Source: a virus (lineage: Duplodnaviria; Caudoviricetes). Taken from it: a DNA stretch of 64,000 nucleotides. The translations under genes and the position numbers were made by a program. Under the pieces are notes generated by a model. That model was not told the origin of the DNA. It was given only the letters and a program-made list of their open reading frames with translations, and ran no database searches. This document shows, one piece after another, positions 18,014 through 26,768 of the stretch. The stretch covers positions 1-64,000 of the IMG/VR virus record IMGVR_UViG_3300037424_001593; one strand, written 5' to 3'. How positions within the stretch are numbered: the stretch's first letter is position 1; each line of letters begins with the position of its first letter.

Positions 18014-18852
18014 CCGCGCCCCCGCTTCGTCCAGCGCTTGAACACCCAGACGCCGAAGATCCCAGCAACCACGGTCGATCCGAGGATAAGCGGCACGCGA
18101 TACGGCGAAGGCCGATGCACGGGCGCTGTCACGTCGATCGCTTCGCCCTGAATCACATCCTGAGGCGCCGCGGTGCTCGAGCCCGGCACCGTGACCGGAT
18201 ACCCGTTCGGCACCTGACTCGCGGCTTGGAGCGCGAGGAAGAACGCGTTGCTCACGCTCGTACCTGTCGCCGTAGGCGCAGGACCCGTCGTGGTCGTCGT
18301 AGTTGTGGCTGTTGCGACGCTGTTTGTGCGCGAGCTCGTGTCTTCGACGCCCACGCTCTGCGCGTAGGAGTCGATGTTCCAGAGCGCTTCGCCGTACGTG
18401 GTGCCTTGCGCAGCGGCGAGAACACGCTGCCGCGCGCGCGCAGCCCAATCTGTGGGTGCGCCCGCGCTCACGCAGTTGACCTGTCCGCGCAGCGCCGTGA
18501 TGTTGTTCGCGACCTTCGCAGGCGTGTCGTTCATCGCTGCGTTTGCGACCGTGAGCAGATCCTTACGACAACTGCTCGCGCTCGGCGTCGTGCCTGAGAG
18601 CCAGAGCATGTAGAACGCGGCGTTGGCGGACTTGCGCCCCCACACACCGTCTGCGCTGAGCAGCGGCGGCGGCACAGGCCCGTTCAACTGGATCACACGT
18701 GCAACGAAATCCGGAAGCGCGTTGTTGTACGCGCCCTGAAACGACGCAATGAGCGCCTTCTGCACATGCGCAGGCGCACGATCACCCATGCCCAGCACGG
18801 CTGCCCATGCGGACTCAGTGAGCGTGAACACCTGCGATTGCGAGAACGACAT
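18010..18852 (-). CDS. Membrane-anchored protein with putative peptidoglycan-binding motif
   Basis: LSADGVWGRKS (PG_binding_1-like DG.xG); Thr-rich linker; C-terminal TM + KRWTKRGRG. Confidence 0.6.
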   Translation of the reverse strand: MSFSQSQVFTLTESAWAAVLGMGDRAPAHVQKALIASFQGAYNNALPDFVARVIQLNGPVPPPLLSADGVWGRKSANAAFYMLWLSGTTPSASSCRKDLLTVANAAMNDTPAKVANNITALRGQVNCVSAGAPTDWAARARQRVLAAAQGTTYGEALWNIDSYAQSVGVEDTSSRTNSVATATTTTTTTGPAPTATGTSVSNAFFLALQAASQVPNGYPVTVPGSSTAAPQDVIQGEAIDVTAPVHRPSPYRVPLILGSTVVAGIFGVWVFKRWTKRGRG

Positions 18853-19025
18853 CAGCTCTTCTTACGGCGCTTCTTGGGGGGCTTCGAGACCGACGTAATG
18901 CGGCCCTTGCTGTCGCGGCACACCTTACGGCGCACCGTGCCGATCTTCTGGACCTTGCACTTGACCGTCTTGCCGACGCGGGCCTTACGCTTGGTCGCCT
19001 TCTTGCGCTTCTTCTTGGTAGCCAT
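18852..19025 (-). CDS. 57-aa protamine-like core protein (absent from ORF track)
   Basis: MATKKKRKKATKRKARVGKTVKCKVQKIGTVRRKVCRDSKGRITSVSKPPKKRRKKS; RBS AAGGA; TGATG overlap with next gene. Confidence 0.85.
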   Translation of the reverse strand: MATKKKRKKATKRKARVGKTVKCKVQKIGTVRRKVCRDSKGRITSVSKPPKKRRKKS

Positions 19026-19055
19026 GGTGTCCTTACATTTCCTTGACCCCGAGGG

Positions 19056-19415
19056 TCACTTGGGGCAGACGGGGCGACCCTTGTGGATGCGGCAGCCCTT
19101 CTTGAGAGCCTTCGCAAACGAGACGCGCTTCATGCCCTTCGGCACGCTGCGTGTCGGAAGACCTGCACCGGTTGCACCGGCCTCGGCTGCCTTTTTCGAG
19201 CAGACGTAGACGTTCTTCTCGCCCTTGACGCGCTTGCAGCCCTTGCGGAGCTTGCTGCCGACCTTCGCGATCGACTTGTGCACGCAGACCTGACCCTTGC
19301 GGGGCTTGCACTTCGCTTCGCGCTCGAGACGCTTGCTGGTCTGAATCCGCGCGTAGTACGGATCGACGTCGATGTCGCCCATCCCTCGCCTGCGTCGCCG
19401 TGTTCGCTTTGCCAT
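19056..19415 (-). CDS. Lys/Arg/Cys-rich basic core protein
   Basis: MAKRTRRRRRGMGD...KGCKRVKG...KGCRIHKGRPVCPK. Confidence 0.75.
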   Translation of the reverse strand: MAKRTRRRRRGMGDIDVDPYYARIQTSKRLEREAKCKPRKGQVCVHKSIAKVGSKLRKGCKRVKGEKNVYVCSKKAAEAGATGAGLPTRSVPKGMKRVSFAKALKKGCRIHKGRPVCPK

Positions 19416-19452
19416 CGTGAGCACCTGTGGTCGGTGTTGAACCGTTCTTTTT

Positions 19453-19464
19453 TCTTATACCCCG
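19453..19464 (-). promoter_or_regulatory. Putative late promoter CGGGGTATAAGA
   Basis: Exact repeat of motif. Confidence 0.7.
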
Positions 19465-19470
19465 GCCGGG

Positions 19471-21720
19471 TCAGCGTGTTCGCTTGGCGAACAGCGCAAG
19501 GCCGCCCGCGAGCAGCAGACCGCCGCCGATGAACATCCAGGGGATCGAGCTCGATCCAGGCACCACACTCGGCATGGTCGCCGCCTGCGCGATCGCGTTC
19601 TGCAGATCGAGCGGCGTCGGCATCGGCGTAGGCGTGCTACCGCTCGCCGTAGGCATCGACGAGCTCGTTGAAGTCGTCGCAGCATCCCCGCTCGAGGTGA
19701 TGATGGGCAGCGAGCTCGGGCTCGACGCAAGTGCATTCTGATTGAGCGCCACCGCCGTGATCACAGGATTCGCAACGACACTGCCATCCGCCGCAGGCGC
19801 GAGATTCGGCTGCACCGTCACCGTAGTAACGGCTTGCTGCCCACCCATCGCGAGCTCACCTGTGATGTGTGAGAGCGCCGTGATGAGCGCGGCTGGAAGC
19901 GAGCCTCCGCGGTCGAACGTCGCACACGGCACGTCGCTCAGCGTGCGCAGCACGAGCGGCTGCATCACATCCGCTTTGTTGCCTGCCTTCTTCTTGCGGC
20001 GCATGGCAACAAGCGACGTGATGCCTGTTGCAAGCGTCGTTGCCGCAAGCGTGACACCGAGTGCGATCGGGTTACTGCTCGCGACCGCAGTCACTGCGCC
20101 GCCCACCTGCAGAATCGTCTGCTGTGCAGCCTGCGCTTTCGCATCTACCTGCGCCTGAGCAGCACCGACCTGATACTCTTTCGCCTCGTCGATACTGAGG
20201 TCGATCAAACCGCGTTCGGCCCAGTATGTGACGTGATTGCTGATGTACCAGAGCGTCGCGTTGATCGTGTGGTCCGCGAGACTCGTCTCGAGGATGGAAC
20301 GAATCCAGCCCTCTGCCATACGGGCTGCGCCGTAGATGGACGTGTACGTGTACCACTCGTAGTCGTCCTCGCGGACAACGCGCGCTTCCCAACGACGCCA
20401 CACGAACGTCGTATCTTCGGGATTACTGTGCAGGCACTGTTGATACCAAAAATGCCACGCACCCGAACGCAAATCGTTTTTGATTTGCGTCGTTGTACGG
20501 TCGGTCGGCATCAAGTTCTGTGGGCGAACACGATCAGACTCATTGCCCAGCATGTCGTTTGCGGTCCGCGAATCGTATTGCGGCGCGAAGTCACCCGTGA
20601 GCCAGCCCGTCGGCCCATCTGCGTCGTAGAAACCCATCCACAGAGGGCCCACAAAGAGCTTCGTGACCGTGCGGTCGATGTGCTTGAGCCACGGATCCTT
20701 GGCGACTTCCTTGTCACCGTAGTCCACGGGTTGCGGCGCGCCGCGGAGCTCGTTGAGCACGCTCTGCATGAGCGGCGGGAGCGCGCGATCCGGCAGCAGC
20801 ACACCCGGCTTGCCGTCCGCATCCGTCATCGTCGTCGTCGGGTTCGCGGGCAGCAAAAACTGCGGCTGCACATTCGTCGCGAAGTACGCGAGCGAGACCC
20901 AGCTATAGACGATCGTGAACCAGTCGGCGGTGAGCCGCGATGCGTACTCGCGCTCGACGCTGCCCATCGGCATCGAGAGCCCGCTGTACGCTGGCTTGAC
21001 GACGAGAAGTTGCGCGAGCGCTTGCTGAGCTCGAGCGTAGATGTCCGCGCGGATGCCGACACGCGCCGTGTTCTCTGCACTGCACGGAAGAAGCGCCGAC
21101 GGATACTGGATCATCGCCCAGGTCTGGATGTCGGCCTTGAACTGCTGTGCCCCGTCAGGGAAAAGCTGAGGCTTGACGAGCGTCGCGACGGTGTCGTTGA
21201 AGCTCGCCGTGTACGCATCGACGACACCGCGCGCCTGCACCGTCTGCGCGTCGTACGTGATCTTCGTCACGTCGCGCGTTTCGGTGGGCGCCACGATCGT
21301 CGTCATGAGCTGGTTCGCGTTCGAGATGTTCTGTTGCGCCTGTGCGCTGAACTTCGCCGCGAGATCTGCATCGCCGCTCTTCTGCGCACTCGCAGCAAAC
21401 GCTGCCGCCGCAGCAGCAATCTTCACCTGCTCTTCAGCCTTCTGCTGAATCAACGCTGCTGTAGGCGAGCCTGTTTGCGCAGTCGCTACGACCTGCGCAC
21501 GCGGCGCGCTGTACGTGTTCATCGCCGTACCCGCAGCAATCGCCGCTTGCTGTTGTGCAATCGCTTCTTGCCGCGCCGCTTCTGCAGTCTTCTTCGCTGC
21601 CTCTTTCTTGCGCCGATCGCGCGGAAGACCGAGACCCGCACCAAGCCCGTTCGCACCCTTTGGTGGAACGATGCGCGCTTGCACAAGGTGCGGCTGTGTT
21701 CCGCTGCGGAAGATCCTCAC
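19471..21720 (-). CDS. Large (749 aa) C-terminally anchored virion protein
   Basis: GTG start overlapping upstream stop (GTGA); Ala/Gln-rich helical N-terminus, Ser/Thr/Pro linker, IPWMFIGGGLLLAGGLALFAKRTR. Confidence 0.7.
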   Translation of the reverse strand: MRIFRSGTQPHLVQARIVPPKGANGLGAGLGLPRDRRKKEAAKKTAEAARQEAIAQQQAAIAAGTAMNTYSAPRAQVVATAQTGSPTAALIQQKAEEQVKIAAAAAAFAASAQKSGDADLAAKFSAQAQQNISNANQLMTTIVAPTETRDVTKITYDAQTVQARGVVDAYTASFNDTVATLVKPQLFPDGAQQFKADIQTWAMIQYPSALLPCSAENTARVGIRADIYARAQQALAQLLVVKPAYSGLSMPMGSVEREYASRLTADWFTIVYSWVSLAYFATNVQPQFLLPANPTTTMTDADGKPGVLLPDRALPPLMQSVLNELRGAPQPVDYGDKEVAKDPWLKHIDRTVTKLFVGPLWMGFYDADGPTGWLTGDFAPQYDSRTANDMLGNESDRVRPQNLMPTDRTTTQIKNDLRSGAWHFWYQQCLHSNPEDTTFVWRRWEARVVREDDYEWYTYTSIYGAARMAEGWIRSILETSLADHTINATLWYISNHVTYWAERGLIDLSIDEAKEYQVGAAQAQVDAKAQAAQQTILQVGGAVTAVASSNPIALGVTLAATTLATGITSLVAMRRKKKAGNKADVMQPLVLRTLSDVPCATFDRGGSLPAALITALSHITGELAMGGQQAVTTVTVQPNLAPAADGSVVANPVITAVALNQNALASSPSSLPIITSSGDAATTSTSSSMPTASGSTPTPMPTPLDLQNAIAQAATMPSVVPGSSSIPWMFIGGGLLLAGGLALFAKRTR

Positions 21721-22580
21721 CGAAGCACCACGATCCCGAGCACCGCAGCGACCGCGACGCCCCCAGCAACGTACATCCACGTCTTCGACGGCTCCGCAGC
21801 TGCAGGCGCTGCAGGACCCGCAGACGGCATATCGCCCGGAGGCGTCGTCACCGATGCGCTGTTCGTCGTCGCGCCTACGCGCTGCGTCTGCTGAATCGAC
21901 TGCGTGAGCCCCGACGCGACGTTGCGCCAATCCATCGCAGTCTGACTCGCGGTGCCGACAGTCCCTGTGCGCGCTTCGGTACGCGCGTCGCAGATGTTCG
22001 TGTACAGCGACGTGAGAATGTTCGTCGTCGCGCCCGCGATCTGCAGGTTCTGTCGCGTATCCACAGTGAGACCCTGTGAACCGACGACACCACCGCTCGT
22101 GGTCGTGGTCTCGCTGCGGAAACCGCCGCTCCCGAGCGTAGTGAGAGTGCCCCCAATCGCCCCGAGGATGCCCTGCGCAGCTTGCGCGCCCGTAGATGTG
22201 CATGCGCGCCCGTCGCCGCCGAGACCACGAAAGCCCGAGCGTGAGAGCCCTGTGCGCGCACCATGAGCTGCAGCGAGCGACGCAATGCTCGCACCAACAC
22301 GCGACGGCGCATCGTCGGCGAAACCGCTCGAAGGACGATAGACGCGCGCGCTCGGATCGACACGACCCTCGAAGAGCACGCCAGGTACGGTCTGCGGCGG
22401 AGGCGTCGGCACGTTCTGCCGGCGCAGATCAGTCATCCGCATGTGCGCGGCGTTCGCTACGTTGCGCACAGCCATCGGCATGCGCCCAGCCGCACCATTG
22501 TCTTCGAAGAACGCACGCGGGGGACCGGGACGCGATACCGTGATCGAGAGGTCCGGAGCTCGAGACTTCATGACATGCAT
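21717..22580 (-). CDS. C-terminally anchored membrane protein
   Basis: Start ATG 22580; FRGLGGDG; TWMYVAGGVAVAAVLGIVVLR. Confidence 0.7.
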   Translation of the reverse strand: MHVMKSRAPDLSITVSRPGPPRAFFEDNGAAGRMPMAVRNVANAAHMRMTDLRRQNVPTPPPQTVPGVLFEGRVDPSARVYRPSSGFADDAPSRVGASIASLAAAHGARTGLSRSGFRGLGGDGRACTSTGAQAAQGILGAIGGTLTTLGSGGFRSETTTTSGGVVGSQGLTVDTRQNLQIAGATTNILTSLYTNICDARTEARTGTVGTASQTAMDWRNVASGLTQSIQQTQRVGATTNSASVTTPPGDMPSAGPAAPAAAEPSKTWMYVAGGVAVAAVLGIVVLR

Positions 22581-22584
22581 CAGG

Positions 22585-22977
22585 TCACCGTTTCGCGGGC
22601 TTGCCGAAGCCCTGATAGAACGCGACGCCCGTCGTGATGATCGGGAAGAACGCCGCAGAGAGTCCCCAAAGCGCGCCGTAGCCGACGCTCTTTCGGTTGC
22701 GCTTGTACCCGTGGTACGCGCTTGCACCGAGGCACACGAGCCCAAGCCCGAGGCGCGCATACCCGAGTGGCGTAATCGTCATCTCGCCGAGCCCGCTGAA
22801 GCCCGCCATGCGGCTCGCGACCGCAGCCGGCGTGTGCTGATTCCACGCCTCGGTCGGTTGATCCGGCTGACCGATAGCACCCCACACAGGCGCGACGTTG
22901 TTCTGTGGGAGGCGCGGGCTCACGATCGGACGCGGGCGCCAATCCCATTGCACATCTGGCTGCAGACTGTTGTTCAT
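22585..22977 (-). CDS. Membrane protein (ASAYHGYKRN..WG..FP..QGFG domain)
   Basis: Two TM segments after FSGLG. Confidence 0.75.
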   Translation of the reverse strand: MNNSLQPDVQWDWRPRPIVSPRLPQNNVAPVWGAIGQPDQPTEAWNQHTPAAVASRMAGFSGLGEMTITPLGYARLGLGLVCLGASAYHGYKRNRKSVGYGALWGLSAAFFPIITTGVAFYQGFGKPAKR

Positions 22978-22983
22978 GACCCC

Positions 22984-23601
22984 TCAGCGCCCGTGAAAGT
23001 AGCGACGTTGCGCGTCTTGCATCTGCGCGACCTCACGCATCGCACGCCCGGAATCGACAGCCTTGTAGCTCGCGGCTTCCTGCTCCATGCGGCGCACAGC
23101 CGTACCGTACGCCTCGAGAGGCGCGCTGATGGGCTGCCGAAGCGGGCGGACACGCGGGGTCGCGACCTGCTCGGGCGGATAGTCCACAGCGGGCTGGCTC
23201 ATCGCATTCGAGCCACCCTTCACTGCAGCCATTTCATACGTCTGTTGCACGCCGCCCGGAACGTTGGTCTGCCGGATCTCGCGGAGCCCCGAGCCGCTCT
23301 GGCGCATCGCCGAGGCGTAACCCATGGCTGACGCTGTCGCGGGGGTGCGTTCACCGCGTGCGATGCCGCCTGGACCACGCTTGTGCATCTCGAGCGCCAT
23401 CCCTTGAGGAAGGATCATCGCAGGCTGAAAATCCTGCGTCGTCGCGTTTGAACGAAACTGCTCGACGGCACCCGCGAACCGACGCGGATCACGCGTCGTG
23501 AGCGAGGTGCGGAGCAGGTCCACCGGCAACCGCTGGATCGCTTGCGGAGGGGTGAAAGCGCTACCGAAGTGACCGCGGGGGTTGAAAACCGGATAGGGCA
23601 T
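22984..23601 (-). CDS. Hypothetical virion protein
   Basis: Start ATG 23601 directly behind late-promoter motif and GAGG RBS. Confidence 0.65.
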   Translation of the reverse strand: MPYPVFNPRGHFGSAFTPPQAIQRLPVDLLRTSLTTRDPRRFAGAVEQFRSNATTQDFQPAMILPQGMALEMHKRGPGGIARGERTPATASAMGYASAMRQSGSGLREIRQTNVPGGVQQTYEMAAVKGGSNAMSQPAVDYPPEQVATPRVRPLRQPISAPLEAYGTAVRRMEQEAASYKAVDSGRAMREVAQMQDAQRRYFHGR

Positions 23602-23609
23602 CGCCTCTA

Positions 23610-23621
23610 TCTTATACCCCG
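23610..23621 (-). promoter_or_regulatory. Putative late promoter CGGGGTATAAGA
   Basis: Exact repeat of motif. Confidence 0.7.
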
Positions 23622-23634
23622 GCGAGAAAATGCC

Positions 23635-23743
23635 TTGCGGCCGGGGCTGCGCCCCGGTTACCGTTCGGGTGTTCGATCTTCGGATCGTGCACACCCAACT
23701 GGAACAGGGCGAGGAGGGCAAACCCACCCCGCCTTTTCCTTTT
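23635..23743 (+). ncRNA. Small-RNA unit copy D
   Basis: TTGCGG-18-TACCGT; hairpin GGGTGT..CGATC-TTCG-GATCG..ACACCC; GGGCGAGGAGGG-CAAA-CCCACCCCGCC + TTTTCCTTTT. Confidence 0.75.
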
Positions 23744-24393
23744 AGAACGACCCTGACCTTAGCCGTTGTGCGATCGCTGCGTCGCGCTTCCCCGTTCGCC
23801 GCTTGTTCCGGTGCACCTCTAAAACCGCCTCTATAACCTCGCGACCACGGCGCTCGTACGCTCGCTGCACGCGGGCAACAATCGCAGAGTGCTCCTCGTC
23901 GGTAACCTCATGCCAAATCCGCTCGAGCGTTGCCCGCCCAGCAAGGATCTCATTGACGAGGTGCAGCACACGCTGGGTCACACGTCCTCCTTCGTAGCCT
24001 CACCGGCTGTGAGCTCCGCCGCCCGCTCCTCGCACAAATGCACGCGTGCTGCGCGAAGGTCCCGCAGACACGCCTTTGCAGTGTGCTCAGCATCGAGCTC
24101 CAGATCGAAGAGCTCTTTGGTCGTGCCGCAGATGATACATTTCGCTTCGCTCATGCTTCTCTCCAGTCGAGCTGCTCGACAGCGTTCAAAAACGCCATCC
24201 AGGCGTCGAGCTCGTCGTAGCCTTCCACAACGAGCTCTGTGTCGATGATCGCAATCTCGCAGAGGATGCCATCTTTCGGTCCGTGACGAAACTGCACGTC
24301 GAACCCGGGCACCATCATGCGGCGCACCTCGACAGCGACTTCCTCGAGCGACTCCATGCTCCGGATGCTCTCCATTCGCGCGTAAGAAGTCAA
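23742..24393 (-). other. Three small hypothetical ORFs (23742-23981, 23978-24154, 24151-~24393)
   Basis: ATGA overlaps; no domains recognised. Confidence 0.55.
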
Positions 24394-24409
24394 CGGATCT
24401 AGACCCCTG

Positions 24410-24528
24410 AAAAGGCAAAGGCCCCAGGGAGATTGCTCTCTCGTGGGGTCCTCTGTGGGTTCGTCCTAAGACGCATACCGCTTTGGTGGATCCCAAGGCT
24501 ACCCCAGCGGGGCGCAGCCCCGCAAGAG
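24410..24528 (-). ncRNA. Small-RNA unit copy E
   Basis: TTGCGG-18-TAGCCT; hairpin CGTC-TTAG-GACG; CCCCACGAGAGA-GCAA-TCTCCCTGGGG + CCTTTGCCTTTT. Confidence 0.7.
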
Positions 24529-24530
24529 CC

Positions 24531-24570
24531 AAAAAGACAAAGCCCTCGCACGGTTTAGACGTGCGAGGGC
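24531..24570 (-). terminator. Rho-independent terminator
   Basis: 11-bp stem GCCCTCGCACG/CGTGCGAGGGC + TTTGTCTTTTT on minus strand. Confidence 0.75.
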
Positions 24571-24602
24571 GTAGTGCTTTTTGTGGTTTGAACAGAGCGG
24601 AC

Positions 24603-24854
24603 TTACTCGAACGTCGCTCGACTGCGGAAAGCGTAGTACCGCGGTCTTGTTTCCTTATAGGACAGGCGGGCGAGCTCCCGCGTAGCGTCGCGCATGCTGC
24701 ATCGTCTGTGCAGACCCTGCGCCGTTTCTCTGACGACCCTTTGTCTCGCTTCTTCGAGAGGCGCTTCCGCAGTGCGCCACTTCCAGCAGAGCCAGAAGCA
24801 GCACACCAGGAAGAGGAGCCAGAGCACACGTTGAGCATCGAGCAGACTGCTCAA
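24603..24854 (-). CDS. Small membrane protein
   Basis: N-terminal hydrophobic helix. Confidence 0.5.
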   Translation of the reverse strand: MSSLLDAQRVLWLLFLVCCFWLCWKWRTAEAPLEEARQRVVRETAQGLHRRCSMRDATRELARLSYKETRPRYYAFRSRATFE

Positions 24855-24866
24855 CGTGTCAAGGCA

Positions 24867-26009
24867 TCACGGGCGCAGCGCCATGTCGAGCGGATGCGGC
24901 TCGATCTGAAGCATCGTGAAGTCGATGTTCCACGCCGTGGTCACGCCCGTGTTCACAACGGTAACGCCGACCGTGTCGAGTGCCGTAGCCGCCCATGAGC
25001 TCGCATACGGTCCGCTCGAGACCATGTCCACCGAAACGGACTCGGTGACGCCTGCGACAGGGCCACTGCCGTCGAAATGCACGCTGACGACAGGTGTCGC
25101 GCCTGCGACAGGCGACGTGAACACCCAGGTGATCTCGAACGTTGCGCCACCGGTGCGCGCATCGAGCACGCCGACAGCATTCGCGGCGAATCCAGGCGTG
25201 AAGAGCCCGGGGACACCCGCACCACCTTCGTCCGGGTCGAGGTTGGTGAACGCAGCCTGGTTGCTGTCGTTCTGTGCAGCGATGCCGAGGATGCGCGTGC
25301 CCGCAGCATTGCTAATGCACAGGCCGAGCAGGTTGCGTCCTGCGTTCGTGACGTCCGAGAACGTCGCGAGGCAGCGCGCGCGGATCACGAATCGATTCGT
25401 CGTCGGTATCGTGAAGTCGTTGATGGCGAAGAACACGCCGCCGACATCGAGCTCGGTCGATGCGAATCGAAGCGCACCACCGCTTACGCTGCGCGTGAGT
25501 CCCGCGATGTTCGCGCCGACGTCCATGTCGATCGCAGCGTCGAACTGCGTGACATCCGCGCCGTTCCAGCGCCACAGCACGTTTCCACCCGGCGCCCATT
25601 GCGCGCCGTCGTAGATGAGCGAATCACCGAGTGCAGGCGCAGCTGCGCTGACAGTAACACCTTGAATCGTCGTCGCATCACCACCGCCTGCACCGCTGTA
25701 GATGGCGGGGAGCGGCGTGATGGCGCTGAAGACCGTGGGATAGGCGATCCCGCGGCGAGCACAGGCGTCGATGAGCTCAGCGTCGGTATACGCGAGCGGA
25801 CAGAGCACACCGTTGTGCCCGAGCGATTCCCACTGTTGGATGATCTGCGCGATCGTAACCGCGTCGGACGTGTTGATCGCGAGCTCGACAGGCTGATCTG
25901 TCGAGGTGAGACCGTAAATGTGCGCATACGGATCGACTGCACCGGGCTGAAGCGTGCCCGTGAACGAGACAATCCATCCGCCACGCCATTCATACGCTGT
26001 TGTAGGCAT
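24867..26009 (-). CDS. Spike/receptor-binding protein; N-terminal module shared with 50674-51312
   Basis: WRGGWI..IQQWES..PLA.T..EL.DAC..RGI.YPT.F; DATTIQGVTVSAAAP..GDSLIYDG..W fibre-type linker; beta-rich C-terminus. Confidence 0.65.
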   Translation of the reverse strand: MPTTAYEWRGGWIVSFTGTLQPGAVDPYAHIYGLTSTDQPVELAINTSDAVTIAQIIQQWESLGHNGVLCPLAYTDAELIDACARRGIAYPTVFSAITPLPAIYSGAGGGDATTIQGVTVSAAAPALGDSLIYDGAQWAPGGNVLWRWNGADVTQFDAAIDMDVGANIAGLTRSVSGGALRFASTELDVGGVFFAINDFTIPTTNRFVIRARCLATFSDVTNAGRNLLGLCISNAAGTRILGIAAQNDSNQAAFTNLDPDEGGAGVPGLFTPGFAANAVGVLDARTGGATFEITWVFTSPVAGATPVVSVHFDGSGPVAGVTESVSVDMVSSGPYASSWAATALDTVGVTVVNTGVTTAWNIDFTMLQIEPHPLDMALRP

Positions 26010-26048
26010 TTTTCTGCTTTTCCTTTTCTTCTTACGTTGCCGGCACCA

Positions 26049-26615
26049 TCACATCGCGAAGTCGCGGTACTGCTTCGACCCCGCGTACTCCCAACCGGGA
26101 GTAGAGCCTTTGACCGTCGGATCAAGCGCAACGAGTGGACCCCCGCGACGTCCACGCGAGACCATCGTGTAAACGTGTTGCCAGACTTCATTGTCTGTGC
26201 TGATCACTCGCGCGAGCGTATTCGAGAAGCCAAGCGCCTTCAGTAAAGAGCACAGAACGATCGTGCTGTCGTCGCAATCGCCGAGGCCATAGAACAATGT
26301 TCTACGCACAGTGCAAAACAGATCGTAGTCGGGAGGATCGTGTTCGTACTCGACGTTGAGCACGCAGAAATTCCACACCGTGTTGATCACGCAGGTATCA
26401 TTCGTGATGTTCGTACACGGCGCACAGCGGTGAACTTTACCCCACGCAGTGACGCGGTCACGTCCTGTGAAGAGCCCTCGCGCGAGCTTGTGTGTTTCCG
26501 GATCTGCGAGTGATTTTTGGACCTGTCGGCGGATCAACCCGACGTGGTCGTCGAGGTTGTTGGTCTCCCAGATACGTGCACCGGGGTCGTTCAAATCGAT
26601 GGCGCGCTTGGACAT
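26049..26615 (-). CDS. Transglutaminase-like (Cys-His-Asp) protein, candidate maturation protease
   Basis: GDCDD..LCSLLKALG, WQHVY, ALDPT. Confidence 0.85.
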   Translation of the reverse strand: MSKRAIDLNDPGARIWETNNLDDHVGLIRRQVQKSLADPETHKLARGLFTGRDRVTAWGKVHRCAPCTNITNDTCVINTVWNFCVLNVEYEHDPPDYDLFCTVRRTLFYGLGDCDDSTIVLCSLLKALGFSNTLARVISTDNEVWQHVYTMVSRGRRGGPLVALDPTVKGSTPGWEYAGSKQYRDFAM

Positions 26616-26623
26616 GTCTCATT

Positions 26624-26635
26624 TCTTATACCTCG
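26624..26635 (-). promoter_or_regulatory. Putative late promoter CGAGGTATAAGA heading the virion operon
   Basis: One mismatch to motif. Confidence 0.65.
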
Positions 26636-26768
26636 GCAAATACGCGGCATACGCGCCGTGGATGTCTTGACGGCCAGAGACATGAGGGACTAGCCTCGCG
26701 ATCATGCGAGTGCCTGCACGTTGCGCAACGGGAGTATGCGCGCGAATCCTTGTCCTCGCGGAGCGTGC

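Noticed and set aside
19471-22203. 910-aa tape-measure protein
   Set aside because: The first 161 codons overlap another gene (true start about 21720); no tail tube, chaperone or baseplate genes nearby, and no TMP repeats
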